Below the pieces are notes generated by a model. It was not told where the DNA came from, made no database searches, and was given only the letters and a program-made list of their open reading frames with translations. Shown here piece by piece: positions 30,311 to 39,795 of a stretch of DNA of 64,000 nucleotides (position 1 is the first letter of the stretch; each line of letters starts with the position of its first letter). Source of the stretch: an uncultured Methylomirabilota bacterium (GTDB lineage: Bacteria; Methylomirabilota; Methylomirabilia; Methylomirabilales; 2-02-FULL-66-22); NCBI GenBank assembly GCA_963705305.1, contig OY970067.1, positions 2,656,001-2,720,000 on the forward strand, written 5' to 3'. Made by a program: the position numbers and the translations under genes.

Positions 30311-31501
30311 ATGGCCAAGCTCTCCATCAGCGACGTCGATCTCCGCGGGAAGCGACTTCTCGTCCGGGTGGATTTCAACGTCCCCCTGAACGACAAGCAG
30401 GAGGTCACCGACGACACGCGCATCCGGGCGCCGCTCCCCACCATCCGGTATGCGATGGAGCACGGCGCAAAAGTGCTGCTGCTCTCGCACCTCGGCCGGC
30501 CCAAGGGAAAGGTCGTCCCGGCCCTCAGCCTGGCACCCGTCGCCCGGCGGCTCTCCCAGCTGCTCAAGAAGCCGGTGGGGATGGCCCCCGACTGCATCGG
30601 GCCGGAGGCCCGGAAGGCCGCGGCCGCCCTGGCGCCGGGCGAGGTGCTGGTGCTGGAGAATTGCCGCTTCCACGACGGGGACGAGAAGAACGACGAGGCG
30701 ATGAGCCGGGCGCTGGCCGAGCTGTGCGATGTGTTCGTCAACGACGCCTTCGGAGCCGCGCATCGCGCCCACGCCTCCACGGTCGGCGTTACCAAGTTCG
30801 TGCCCGTCGCGGCCGCCGGATTCCTGATGGCGAAAGAGCTCGAATACCTCGGCCGGGCCATGACGGATCCGGCCCGGCCCTTCGTGGCGGTTCTGGGCGG
30901 GGCCAAGGTGTCCGACAAGATCGGGGTGCTGAAGAGCCTGGTGTCGAAGGTGGACGCGCTGCTGGTGGGCGGCGGCATGGCGTACACCTTCCTGAAGGCC
31001 CAGGGGATGGAGGTGGGCCAGTCGCTCCTGGAGGCGGACAAGCTGGACGTGGCCAAGGGCGTCTTGGAGCAGGCGCGGGCCAAGGGGGCGACCTTCCTGC
31101 TGCCCATGGACCACGTCGTGGCCCAGCGCGTCGAGGCCTCGGCTGCCACGCAGCTTGCCGACAGCACCGCCATTCCGGCCGGCTGGATGGGGCTGGACAT
31201 CGGCCCCAAGGCCCGCGACGCCTTCGCCAAGGTGATCCGGGGCTCCAAGACTGTGGTCTGGAACGGGCCCATGGGGGTCTTCGAGCTGGCGCCCTTCCGC
31301 GAGGGGACCTTCGCCGTGGCGCGGGCGATCGCCGAATCCAAGGCCACCTCCATCGTCGGGGGCGGGGACTCGGTGGCGGCCGTGACCCAGGCCGGCCTGG
31401 CGGATAAGATGACCCACATCTCGACGGGTGGCGGGGCCTCGCTGGAGTTCCTGGAGGGCATCGAGCTGCCCGGGGTAGCCGCTCTCACGGAGAAACGGTG
31501 A
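30311..31501 (+). CDS. pgk: Phosphoglycerate kinase
   Basis: RVDFNVP, SHLGRPKG, GGAKVSDKI and STGGGASLEFLEG motifs. Confidence 0.98.
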   Translation: MAKLSISDVDLRGKRLLVRVDFNVPLNDKQEVTDDTRIRAPLPTIRYAMEHGAKVLLLSHLGRPKGKVVPALSLAPVARRLSQLLKKPVGMAPDCIGPEARKAAAALAPGEVLVLENCRFHDGDEKNDEAMSRALAELCDVFVNDAFGAAHRAHASTVGVTKFVPVAAAGFLMAKELEYLGRAMTDPARPFVAVLGGAKVSDKIGVLKSLVSKVDALLVGGGMAYTFLKAQGMEVGQSLLEADKLDVAKGVLEQARAKGATFLLPMDHVVAQRVEASAATQLADSTAIPAGWMGLDIGPKARDAFAKVIRGSKTVVWNGPMGVFELAPFREGTFAVARAIAESKATSIVGGGDSVAAVTQAGLADKMTHISTGGGASLEFLEGIELPGVAALTEKR

Positions 31502-31505
31502 ACGA

Positions 31506-31584
31506 GTTGAAAATGGAAAACTGACAACCGACAGCCGGTCAATCAGAGGCGATGGCCGGTTGTCAGTTGTCCGCTGTCGGTTTT
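31506..31584. repeat. Heptamer-periodic palindromic element, copy A (pgk-tpiA)
   Basis: AAAACTGACAACCGACAGCCGGTCA ... TGGCCGGTTGTCAGTTGTCCGCTGTCGGTTTT. Confidence 0.8.
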
Positions 31585-31664
31585 ACCTTGGATCGGGTCT
31601 TTGGTGCCGGTCGGCGAGGAAGAGAGCCAACCGACAGATCCTCCATCGCCCCACAGGAGAACGC

Positions 31665-32414
31665 ATGCGCACGCCCATCATTGCCGGCAACTGGAAGATG
31701 TACAAGACGGCCCGCCAGGCCGCGGAGGCGATCCACAGGCTCCGCGATCTGGTGCGGGGCGTGACGGGCGTGGAGATCGTCGTCTGCCCGCCCTTTCCGG
31801 CCCTGGCGGCGGCCGTGGATGCGGCGCGGGGCTCCGAGATTGCCATCGGAGCGCAGGATTGTTTCTGGGAGAAGGAGGGGGCGTTCACCGGCGAGGTGTC
31901 GGTTCCCATGCTGGCCGATCTGGGGTGCCGCTCCGTCATCGTGGGCCACTCGGAGCGGCGGCAGTATTTCGGGGAGACAGACGCCACGGTGCAGAAGAAA
32001 GTCCGGGCGGTGTTGGCCCATGACCTTCCCTGCATCGCCTGCATCGGAGAGACGCTCGACGAGCGGGAGGCCGGGAAGACCCTGGCGGTGCTGGAACGGC
32101 AGATTCGGGACGGCCTGGCCCCCCACCTGAGCTCGGCCGGTCTGGTCGTGGCCTACGAGCCGGTGTGGGCCATCGGGACGGGGAAGACGGCCACCCCCGC
32201 CCAGGCCCAGGAGGCGCACGCATTCGTCCGGCACCTCATTGGCCAACTGGCGGGGGACGCGGCGGCGGCCCGCCTCCGCATCCTGTACGGGGGCAGCGTG
32301 AAGCCCGACAACATCGCCGTCTTGATGGCGCAACCCGATGTGGATGGCGGGCTGGTGGGGGGCGCCAGTCTGGATCCCGCCTCCTTCGCCACGCTGGTGC
32401 GCGGCGGCAAATAA
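31665..32414 (+). CDS. tpiA: Triose-phosphate isomerase
   Basis: AGNWKM, GHSERR, AYEPVWAIGTG and YGGSV motifs. Confidence 0.98.
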   Translation: MRTPIIAGNWKMYKTARQAAEAIHRLRDLVRGVTGVEIVVCPPFPALAAAVDAARGSEIAIGAQDCFWEKEGAFTGEVSVPMLADLGCRSVIVGHSERRQYFGETDATVQKKVRAVLAHDLPCIACIGETLDEREAGKTLAVLERQIRDGLAPHLSSAGLVVAYEPVWAIGTGKTATPAQAQEAHAFVRHLIGQLAGDAAAARLRILYGGSVKPDNIAVLMAQPDVDGGLVGGASLDPASFATLVRGGK

Positions 32415-32461
32415 TCCGAGGCCGGGGGGCTCCTTCGGTTGGCAGTCCTGGGAGACGTTGC

Positions 32462-32824
32462 ATGTACATCCTATTGTCTGTGTTTCATCTGCTCATCGCC
32501 TTGGGCCTGATCCTGATCGTCCTGATGCAGGGCGGCCAGGGGGCGGACATCGGCGCCGCCTTCGGGGGCGGATCCAGCCAGACGGTGTTCGGGGGGCGGG
32601 GCCCTGCCACGTTCCTGTCCAAGATGACGACCGTCTTCGCCGTCCTGTTCATGGTGATGTCCCTGACCCTCACCGTCATGGCCGCCAAGAAAGGAAGCTC
32701 CTCGGTGATCAGCGACACGCGCCCTGCGCGGACGCAGCCGGCTCCGGCCACGCCTTCCCCGGCGCCGACCACCCAGGGGCCGGCCAGTCAGGGCCCGGCC
32801 GGCCCGGAGACCCCGAAAAAATAG
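32462..32824 (+). CDS. secG: Preprotein translocase subunit SecG
   Basis: Two TM helices around QGG.GADIGAAFGGG.SQTVFG; follows tpiA. Confidence 0.93.
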   Translation: MYILLSVFHLLIALGLILIVLMQGGQGADIGAAFGGGSSQTVFGGRGPATFLSKMTTVFAVLFMVMSLTLTVMAAKKGSSSVISDTRPARTQPAPATPSPAPTTQGPASQGPAGPETPKK

Positions 32825-34461
32825 TGATCGGACGCCGAACGTTCCTGGCACTCCTGGGCTCGGCCCCGCTGGCGGCATGCAGCCGGTCGGAGCAGACCGT
32901 CGCGACGGAGGCCGGCAGCGACGGTGCAGCCTACGGCGACACGCTCGTCGAGGCCTCCATCGGGGACATCAGCGGCCTCATCCCCAACATCACCAGTGAC
33001 TCCGCCTCCCAGGAGGTGGGGGGTCTCATCTACTCCAACCTGGTCCGGACGGACAAGGACCTCCGGCTGGAGGGCGAGCTGGCCGAGCGCTGGGACGTCT
33101 CGCCGGACAACCTCACCATCATGTTCCATCTCCGCCGGGGCGTCCGGTGGCAGGATGGAGCGCCGGTCACGGCTCGGGACGTGGACTTCACCTACCGGTA
33201 CATGATCGACCCCAAGACGCCCACGGCCTACGGCGAGTCCTTCCGCCAGATCGCCCGCGCCGAGATCGTGGACCCCCTGACCTACCGGGTGACCTACAAG
33301 CAGCCGTACGCGCCCGGGCTGTTGTCCTGGGGGATCTGGGTTCTTCCCAGCCACATCCTGGAGACCCCCTGGAAGGAGGGCGCGGACCTCCGCACGACCC
33401 AGCAGAACCGCCATCCAATCGGCAGCGGACCCTTCGTCTTCCAGGAATGGCATGCCGGCGAGCGCGTGGTGGTGGAAGCATACCAGGATTACTGGGAGGG
33501 CCGTCCCTACCTCAAGCGGGTCGTCTACCAGATCATTCCCGACCAGTCCACGATCTTCCTGGAGCTGAAGGCCCGAAATATCGACATGGCGACGCTCACC
33601 CCGACCCAATACCGGCGGCAGACCGATTACCCGGCCTTCCAGAAGGAGTTCCGCAAATACCGCTACCTGGCCAATGCCTTCACCTACCTGGGCTTCAACC
33701 TCACGGACCCGCGCTTCCAGGACAAGCGGGTGCGGCAGGCCATGGCCTATGCCATCAACAAGCAGGAGATCATCGAGGGGGTGCTCCTGGGCCTGGGGCA
33801 GCCCGCGGTGGGCCCCTACAAGCCGGGCACCTGGTGGTACAATCCCGACGTGAAGACGTACCCCTTCGACCCCGGCAAGGCCAAGGCCCTGCTGGCCGAA
33901 GCGGGATGGACGGCGAAAAACAGCGACGGGGTGCTGACGCGCGACAGCAAGCCGTTCGGCTTTACCATCATGACCAACCAGGGGAACCAGGTGCGCCAGC
34001 AGACGGCCGAGATCATCCAACGGCGCCTGCGCGCCGTGGGCATCGACGTGCGGATCCAGGTGGTGGACTGGGCCGCCTTCATCAACACCTTCATCCGCAA
34101 GCGCCAGTTCGAGGCCGTCATGCTGGGCTGGGGGCTGGGGCTGGACCCCGACCAGTACGACCTCTGGGAGTCCCACCAGACCGGCCCCGACCAGATGAAC
34201 TTCGTCTCCTTCAAGAACGCCGAGGTGGACGCCTTGCTGGAGGCGGGCCGCCGGACCTTCATCGAGGCGGAGCGGAAGGCCATTTACGGGAAGTTCCAGG
34301 AGATCATGGCCGAGGAGCAGCCGGTCATCTTCCTGTTCGTCCCGGATGCCCTCCCGGTGGTGGCGGCGCGGGTGCAGAACATCCACCCCGCGCCGGCGGG
34401 CATCTCGTACAACTTCATCCGCTGGTACGTGCCCAAGGCCCTGCAGCGGTACACGCGCTGA
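32824..34461 (+). CDS. Peptide ABC transporter substrate-binding lipoprotein (family 5), Tat-like signal
   Basis: GTG start, RRTFL...LAAC lipobox, LAERWDVS.D...F.LR.GVRWQDG.P.TA.DV and PIGSGPF motifs. Confidence 0.92.
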   Translation: MIGRRTFLALLGSAPLAACSRSEQTVATEAGSDGAAYGDTLVEASIGDISGLIPNITSDSASQEVGGLIYSNLVRTDKDLRLEGELAERWDVSPDNLTIMFHLRRGVRWQDGAPVTARDVDFTYRYMIDPKTPTAYGESFRQIARAEIVDPLTYRVTYKQPYAPGLLSWGIWVLPSHILETPWKEGADLRTTQQNRHPIGSGPFVFQEWHAGERVVVEAYQDYWEGRPYLKRVVYQIIPDQSTIFLELKARNIDMATLTPTQYRRQTDYPAFQKEFRKYRYLANAFTYLGFNLTDPRFQDKRVRQAMAYAINKQEIIEGVLLGLGQPAVGPYKPGTWWYNPDVKTYPFDPGKAKALLAEAGWTAKNSDGVLTRDSKPFGFTIMTNQGNQVRQQTAEIIQRRLRAVGIDVRIQVVDWAAFINTFIRKRQFEAVMLGWGLGLDPDQYDLWESHQTGPDQMNFVSFKNAEVDALLEAGRRTFIEAERKAIYGKFQEIMAEEQPVIFLFVPDALPVVAARVQNIHPAPAGISYNFIRWYVPKALQRYTR

Positions 34462-34470
34462 GGAGGCGTC

Positions 34471-35460
34471 GTGCTGGCGTACGCCGTCCGCCGGGTGCTC
34501 ATCTCGATCCCGCTCTTCTTCGGGATCCTCTGCCTGTCCTTTCTGATGCTGAAGCTGGCCCCCGGCGGCCCGACCGTCGTGGAGCAAAATCTCCAGGTGC
34601 GCGCCTCCGCCGCCCAGCAGGAGACCCTGCGGAAGCTCTATGGCCTGGACAAGCCCGTCTACGTGCAGTTCGGACTGTGGATCTGGCGCGCGGCGCGGCT
34701 GGACTTCGGCCGCTCGTACGCTCCGGACGGGCGCCTGGTCATCGACAAGATCGGGGAGCGCATTCCCATCACGCTGGGCCTCAACAGCCTGGAATTCCTT
34801 CTCACCCTCCTGACGGCAATCCCGCTGGGGATCCTCTCGGCGACGCGGCAGGACTCCGTCTTCGACAAATTCAACACCCTCTTCGTCTTCGTCGGCTTCG
34901 CCACGCCCGACTTCTGGCTGGCCCTCCTGCTCATGATCCTCTTCGGGGTGCAGCTGGGGTGGCTGCCCATGTCGGGGCTGCGCTCGCTCAACTACCAGTA
35001 CCTCTCCTTCTGGGGGCAGGTGTGGGACCTGGTCTCGCACCTGATCCTGCCGGTCCTGGTGGCCTCGTTCGGGGGGCTGGCCTTTCTGTCGCGGCTGATG
35101 CGCGGAAGCCTCCTGGAGGTGGTCCGCCAGGACTTCGTCCGGACCGCGCGCGCGAAGGGATTGTCGGAAGGCTGGGTGATCTACAAGCACGCCCTGCGAA
35201 ACGCCGTCATCCCCATCGTGACCCTCCTGGGCCTCATGATCCCCGGCCTGCTCGGGGGCAGCGTGATCATCGAGACAGTCTTCAGCATCCCCGGCCTCGG
35301 CCAACTCTTCGTGCAGAGCGCCTACTCGCGGGACGAGCCGGTGATCATGGGGCTGGTGGTCATCGGGGCTAGCCTCTCCCTTCTGGGCAACATCCTGGCC
35401 GACATCTTCTACAGTGTAGTGGATCCCCGGATCCGCGTATCGGGGAAGGGGGCGGGATAG
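34471..35460 (+). CDS. Peptide ABC transporter permease (OppB/DppB-like)
   Basis: APGGP, YGLDKP and DFVRTARAKGL..HALRNA motifs. Confidence 0.93.
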   Translation: MLAYAVRRVLISIPLFFGILCLSFLMLKLAPGGPTVVEQNLQVRASAAQQETLRKLYGLDKPVYVQFGLWIWRAARLDFGRSYAPDGRLVIDKIGERIPITLGLNSLEFLLTLLTAIPLGILSATRQDSVFDKFNTLFVFVGFATPDFWLALLLMILFGVQLGWLPMSGLRSLNYQYLSFWGQVWDLVSHLILPVLVASFGGLAFLSRLMRGSLLEVVRQDFVRTARAKGLSEGWVIYKHALRNAVIPIVTLLGLMIPGLLGGSVIIETVFSIPGLGQLFVQSAYSRDEPVIMGLVVIGASLSLLGNILADIFYSVVDPRIRVSGKGAG

Positions 35461-35461
35461 C

Positions 35462-36382
35462 ATGGCGGCTCGCCGGCATCAGGTCGGATCGGGCGGGTCG
35501 CCCTGGAAAGCGGAGGCCGGGCGCTCGCGCCGGGGTCTGGCCACCTTCCGCCAGAGCATCTTCTGGCGGCAGTTGCGGCGAAACCCCATGACCCTGGCCG
35601 GCGGGGCAGTCGTCATCGTGTTCGGCCTGGCCGCTCTCCTGGCGCCGCTCCTGGCGCCCTATGATCCCGGGGCCTATAACGTGAAGGAGATCCTCCTCCC
35701 CCCGGGCGCGGCGCACTGGCTCGGCACCGACGACCTCGGGCGGGACCTGCTCACCCGCATGCTGTACGGCGCCCGCATCTCCATGGCGGTGGGCTTCGTC
35801 TCGGTGGGGATCGCCGTGGTGATCGGCACCCTCGTCGGGGCCGTGGCGGGCTACTACGGCGGGAGGGTCGACGAACTGCTCATGCGCTTCGTGGATCTCA
35901 TGCTGAACTTCCCGCGCTTCTTCCTGCTCCTCACGCTCATTGCGTTCCTCCGCCCCAGCATCTGGGTCATCATGTCCGTCATCGGCTTCACCGGATGGAT
36001 GGGGCTGGCCCGCCTCGTGCGGGGCGAGATCCTGGGCCTGAAGGAGCGGGAGTTCGTCCTGAGCGCCAGGGCTATGGGGGCTCGGGATGCCCGGGTCATG
36101 CTTCGCCACATCGTCCCCAACGCCCTGGTCCCCATTCTGGTCTCGGCGACCCTGGGAGTCGCCGGCGCCATCCTGGCGGAGTCCGGCCTCTCGTTCCTGG
36201 GCCTGGGCGTCCAGCCCCCCACGCCGAGCTGGGGGAACATCCTCATCGAGGGGAAAGCCAATATCGAGATCGCCTGGTGGCTGTCGGTATTCCCCGGCAT
36301 GGCCATTCTGATCACGGTTCTGGCCTACAATCTCTTCGGAGAAGGCCTGCGGGACGCCCTGGATCCCCGCCTGCGACAGTGA
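35462..36382 (+). CDS. Peptide ABC transporter permease (OppC/DppC-like)
   Basis: HWLGTDDLGRD, ESGLSFLGLG.QPPTPSWG and GLRDALDPR motifs. Confidence 0.94.
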   Translation: MAARRHQVGSGGSPWKAEAGRSRRGLATFRQSIFWRQLRRNPMTLAGGAVVIVFGLAALLAPLLAPYDPGAYNVKEILLPPGAAHWLGTDDLGRDLLTRMLYGARISMAVGFVSVGIAVVIGTLVGAVAGYYGGRVDELLMRFVDLMLNFPRFFLLLTLIAFLRPSIWVIMSVIGFTGWMGLARLVRGEILGLKEREFVLSARAMGARDARVMLRHIVPNALVPILVSATLGVAGAILAESGLSFLGLGVQPPTPSWGNILIEGKANIEIAWWLSVFPGMAILITVLAYNLFGEGLRDALDPRLRQ

Positions 36383-36383
36383 T

Positions 36384-36480
36384 CAATTGAAAACCGACAA
36401 CCGACGATTGAAAACCGGACAACTGGAGGCAACGACCGCTTTTCGGTTTTCAATTGTCGGTTTTACATCGTCGGTTTTGG
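36384..36480. repeat. Heptamer-periodic palindromic element, copy B
   Basis: CAATTGAAAACCGACAACCGACGATTGAAAACCGG ... CGGTTTTCAATTGTCGGTTTTACATCGTCGGTTTT. Confidence 0.85.
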
Positions 36481-36507
36481 ATTCCGCCGCGCCGGGCTAC
36501 CTGAAAA

Positions 36508-36541
36508 CAAAAAGCCGGCGGCCCCTTCGGGCCGCCGGCTG
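36508..36541 (-). terminator. Intrinsic terminator downstream of tRNA-Leu
   Basis: Minus strand AGCCGGCGGCCC-GAAG-GGGCCGCCGGCT followed by a T run. Confidence 0.75.
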
Positions 36542-36553
36542 TACCAACACGAC

Positions 36554-36638
36554 TGGTGGGGAAGGAGGGACTCGAACCCTCATGAGTTTCCTCACACGCC
36601 CCTCAAACGTGCGCGTCTGCCAGTTCCGCCACTTCCCC
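36554..36638 (-). tRNA. tRNA-Leu (anticodon GAG), CCA encoded
   Basis: Minus strand GGGGAAGTGGCGGAACTGGCAGACGCGCACGTTTGAGGGGCGTG...GGTTCGAGTCCCTCCTTCCCCACCA, with a long variable arm. Confidence 0.96.
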
Positions 36639-36753
36639 TTGCGGGCATTTCTACCGCCTCGCGCGGCGCATTGTCAACGAAAAACCTCGACGGACGACGC
36701 GGGATCTGGATCCTGCCGACCCCGCACGGAGACGGCCCGCCCGTCTGCGGCAT

Positions 36754-36915
36754 CAATTGGAAACGGACAACCGACACGGGCCAATTGAAAACCGACAACC
36801 GACGATTTAAAACCGGCCAATGGGATCCGTGGACCGGTTGTCGGTCTTAAATTGTCAGTTTTAAATTCCGCCTGCGGCGGGCGGTTGTCGATTTTGCATT
36901 GTCGGTTCGAAATTG
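36754..36915. repeat. Heptamer-periodic palindromic element, copy C (nested double)
   Basis: AATTGAAAACCGACAACCGACGATT is identical to copy B. Mirrored arms are GGTTGTCGGTCTTAAATTGTCAGTTTTAAATT and GGTTGTCGATTTTGCATTGTCGGTTCGAAATTG. Confidence 0.85.
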
Positions 36916-37032
36916 TCTACGCCCCTGCCCGACGAAAAACGTCGAGGGGCCCCTCCTTCGGCTTGAGATCCCCCGCTGCATCCGGTATGATAACCCTTCA
37001 GCGTGGGGTCTGGGGACAGAAGGGAGTGAGGC

Positions 37033-37701
37033 ATGCGGGGACAGCGAGCGGTGGTGGTGGCGGGGGTGGTGGCGCTGTTCTTGGCCGGCTGCGCCACTGT
37101 CGAGATCCGGGAGGCGTGCACGCTCGCCGGCCAGGTGACCGACGAGTCCGGCCGGCCGGTCGCGAACACGCCCGTCGTGGTGCTGGCTCGCTCACTCGAC
37201 CTGGAGACCAAACGACTGGAGTATCAGGAGCGCGGCCGGCAGGAGGTGCGAACGACCACCGACGCCCAGGGGCACTATCGCCTGGAGTTCGTCCCGGCGC
37301 AGCTGGGCAACAACTTCTACCTTTTCTTCTACGACAAGACGGGCTTCGACCAGGTCAAGTACCACAAGCCCGAGTCGCTGGACATCACGCAGTTTCTCCG
37401 GCCCGACCAGCCCCTTCGCGTCAATCAGGTCCTCCGGTTCACTCCGGCCTGGCCGGAAATCGAGCGGCAGATCGCCTTCTACGGGGCCGACTCGGAGCGC
37501 GCACGGATCCTGCGCCGGCACGGCCTTCCGGAGCGCCGGGAGCTCTCCCGCTCGGGAAACGAGAATACCGAGATCTGGTGGTACTACAGCGACGGGGTCA
37601 GCTACTGGTTCAGCGGGGACAAGCTGACCGGGGCCCACACCTTCACACCGATCCCCGGCGCCGCTCCCGCGCCTTTCCCCAAACCGGCGGCCGGCAGGTA
37701 G
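37033..37701 (+). CDS. Lipoprotein with carboxypeptidase-regulatory-like (Ig/transthyretin-like) domain
   Basis: LAGC lipobox and GQVTDESGRPVAN.PV...TTTDAQGHY. Upstream TTGAGA-N17-TATGAT promoter. Confidence 0.8.
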   Translation: MRGQRAVVVAGVVALFLAGCATVEIREACTLAGQVTDESGRPVANTPVVVLARSLDLETKRLEYQERGRQEVRTTTDAQGHYRLEFVPAQLGNNFYLFFYDKTGFDQVKYHKPESLDITQFLRPDQPLRVNQVLRFTPAWPEIERQIAFYGADSERARILRRHGLPERRELSRSGNENTEIWWYYSDGVSYWFSGDKLTGAHTFTPIPGAAPAPFPKPAAGR

Positions 37702-37771
37702 GCCGAGCAAGGGGCCGCAGACCGGGAGGATCCCGCGGCGCGTCCTGCGTCCGATGGGCCGGTCGGCGGCG

Positions 37772-38821
37772 TCACGCGCCGGCCTGATTCTCCTGGATGA
37801 TCTGGATGAAGGTCTCGATCAGGCGCGCATCCCACCATCCCTTGGCGGTCTCCTCGCGCATGATCGTGAAGGCCTGTTCGCGGCTGTAGGCGGGCTTGTA
37901 CGGCCGCTGGGTCGTGAAGGCATCGTAGATATCCGCCACCTGGAGGATCCGGGCAGTCAGGGGGATGGCCTCGCCGGCAAGGCCGTCCGGATAGCCGCTC
38001 CCGTCCCATCGCTCGTGGTGGTGGCGGATGATCGGCAGGACCAGGCTCAGGGATTTCAGGGGGGCGCAGATGCGCTCTCCGATGACGGGGTGGCTCTGGA
38101 TCACGGCGCGCTCGAGGGGGGTAAGCGGACCCGGCTTCAGCAGGATGGCGTCGGGCACGCCGATCTTCCCCAGGTCGTGCAGGATGCCGCCGCGGTGGAG
38201 AGCCTTGAGGTAGTCGGGGGACAGGCCCAGCGCCCTCCCCAGTGCCACGCTGTAGCGCGACAGCCGCCCGCAGTGCCCGTTGGTATACGGATCCTTGGCC
38301 TCGATGCTGAGGGCCAGAGTGAAGAGCACGGTCTCGGCGTTCTCCAACTCGTCCGTATGGCGCTTGAGCCGGAGCAGGGACCGCACGCGAGTCATGAGCT
38401 CCTGCTCGTTGAACGGCTTGGTCAGAAAGTCGTCTGCCCCGGCCTCGATTCCCTTGATCCGCTCGGGGGTTGCCTGGAGGGAGGTGACCATGACGACCGG
38501 GATCAAGATGGTCCGAGGATCTGATTTCAGGCGGCGGCAGACCTCGTACCCGTCGAGCTTGGGCATCATGACGTCCAGCAGGATCAGGTCGGGCGGCTCG
38601 GCCGCGACTTTCTCCATCGCCTCCTCGCCGTCCTGCGCCGTGACCACCTGGTATCCCTGGCTGACGAGGTCATCCTCCAAGAGCTGGCGGATCAGCGCCT
38701 CGTCATCGACGATCAGGATCCGCGACCGCTCCTTGTCGGGAGGCAGGGACTCGGTGAGGCCTTGCAGGGGCTGGTTGGGAAGGGGGTGAGCGGCCGGCCC
38801 GCCCAGGGATGCATCGGACAT
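37772..38821 (-). CDS. Response regulator with HD-GYP phosphodiesterase domain
   Basis: REC domain (ILIVDD, LLDVMMP, KPF) plus HDLGKIG and HHERWDGSGYP. Confidence 0.93.
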   Translation of the reverse strand: MSDASLGGPAAHPLPNQPLQGLTESLPPDKERSRILIVDDEALIRQLLEDDLVSQGYQVVTAQDGEEAMEKVAAEPPDLILLDVMMPKLDGYEVCRRLKSDPRTILIPVVMVTSLQATPERIKGIEAGADDFLTKPFNEQELMTRVRSLLRLKRHTDELENAETVLFTLALSIEAKDPYTNGHCGRLSRYSVALGRALGLSPDYLKALHRGGILHDLGKIGVPDAILLKPGPLTPLERAVIQSHPVIGERICAPLKSLSLVLPIIRHHHERWDGSGYPDGLAGEAIPLTARILQVADIYDAFTTQRPYKPAYSREQAFTIMREETAKGWWDARLIETFIQIIQENQAGA

Positions 38822-39188
38822 GCTGGGATCTCCAACAAAAACTCGCAGGGCGGGAGGCACCGCCAACGTCGTCAGGGACCCTCTTCCCTCGAAGGACCGG
38901 CCAACACTTGCGTTCTTTGCGGGCGGGCACGAGACGCCGCCGAACCGCCAACTTGAGAGTGTTTAGCACACCGTACGATTGGCGTCAAGCAGCCTTTTCC
39001 GTTGCTTTTTCCCCGAGGGACTGATAGAAGAACGGGGTGATCGCAGGCAGTGAGACCGGTCCGGAGGTGATCCAGCCCCTGCGGGAATGGGCCGCCGATC
39101 GGAATACCCGCCCCTGGAAGATGCACGGAAACATCCCCCTATGAGGGCCGCGCCGGAGAGGAACGCCGCGTCTCCGAAGGAGGGCACC

Positions 39189-39557
39189 ATGCCGAAGGTC
39201 CTGGTGGTGGATGACGAGCCGGATGCGGTCGAATTGCTCCAGGAGTTCCTGACGGCAAAAGGCTACGAGGTGAGCGCAGCCTTCAACGGGGAGGAAGCCC
39301 TCGAGAAGGTGAAGACCGACCGTCCCCACCTCATCCTTCTGGATGTGCGCATGCCGGGGATGAACGGATTGGAGACGCTCCGGCAGATTCGCCAGATCGA
39401 CCAGGAAGTCGGGGTGATCATGGTCACGGCGGTCAACGAAGAGGAGACCGGCCGGCAGGCGCTCGAGCTTGGGGCGTTCGATTACCTGGTGAAGCCGCTC
39501 GATCTCGGATACCTCGAACGCAGCCTGTGGTACAAAATCACCACGATGTTGCTTTGA
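39189..39557 (+). CDS. Single-domain response regulator
   Basis: VLVVDDE, LLDVRMPGMNG, VTA and KP motifs. Confidence 0.92.
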   Translation: MPKVLVVDDEPDAVELLQEFLTAKGYEVSAAFNGEEALEKVKTDRPHLILLDVRMPGMNGLETLRQIRQIDQEVGVIMVTAVNEEETGRQALELGAFDYLVKPLDLGYLERSLWYKITTMLL

Positions 39558-39568
39558 ACGGATCCGCG

Positions 39569-39655
39569 CAATTCAAAACCGACAACTGACAATTAAAAAC
39601 CGGACAAGAATGTTCGAATGACCGGTTGTCGGTTTTGCATTGTCGGTTGTATATT
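39569..39655. repeat. Heptamer-periodic palindromic element, copy D
   Basis: CAATTCAAAACCGACAACTGACAATTAAAAACCGG ... CCGGTTGTCGGTTTTGCATTGTCGGTTGTATATT. Confidence 0.85.
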
Positions 39656-39795
39656 CCGCCCGCGATGGCGGCTCGGCACGAGGCGACACCGGTGCGGGCG
39701 ATTGAAGATTGACGACACACCCTAGCCGGGCGTATCGTGCCCCCGAGGCTGTGGTCTCTTGCAGGCGACGCGATCGAGGGGGGAGGAAAGACGAC

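Noticed and set aside
32824..36382. Peptide ABC operon lacking ATPase genes as a novelty
   Set aside because: ATPase genes encoded elsewhere are common, so this is not informative from the window alone.
36384..36915. Heptamer repeats as a CRISPR array
   Set aside because: No constant-length repeats with unique spacers, the arms are inverted, and there are no cas genes.
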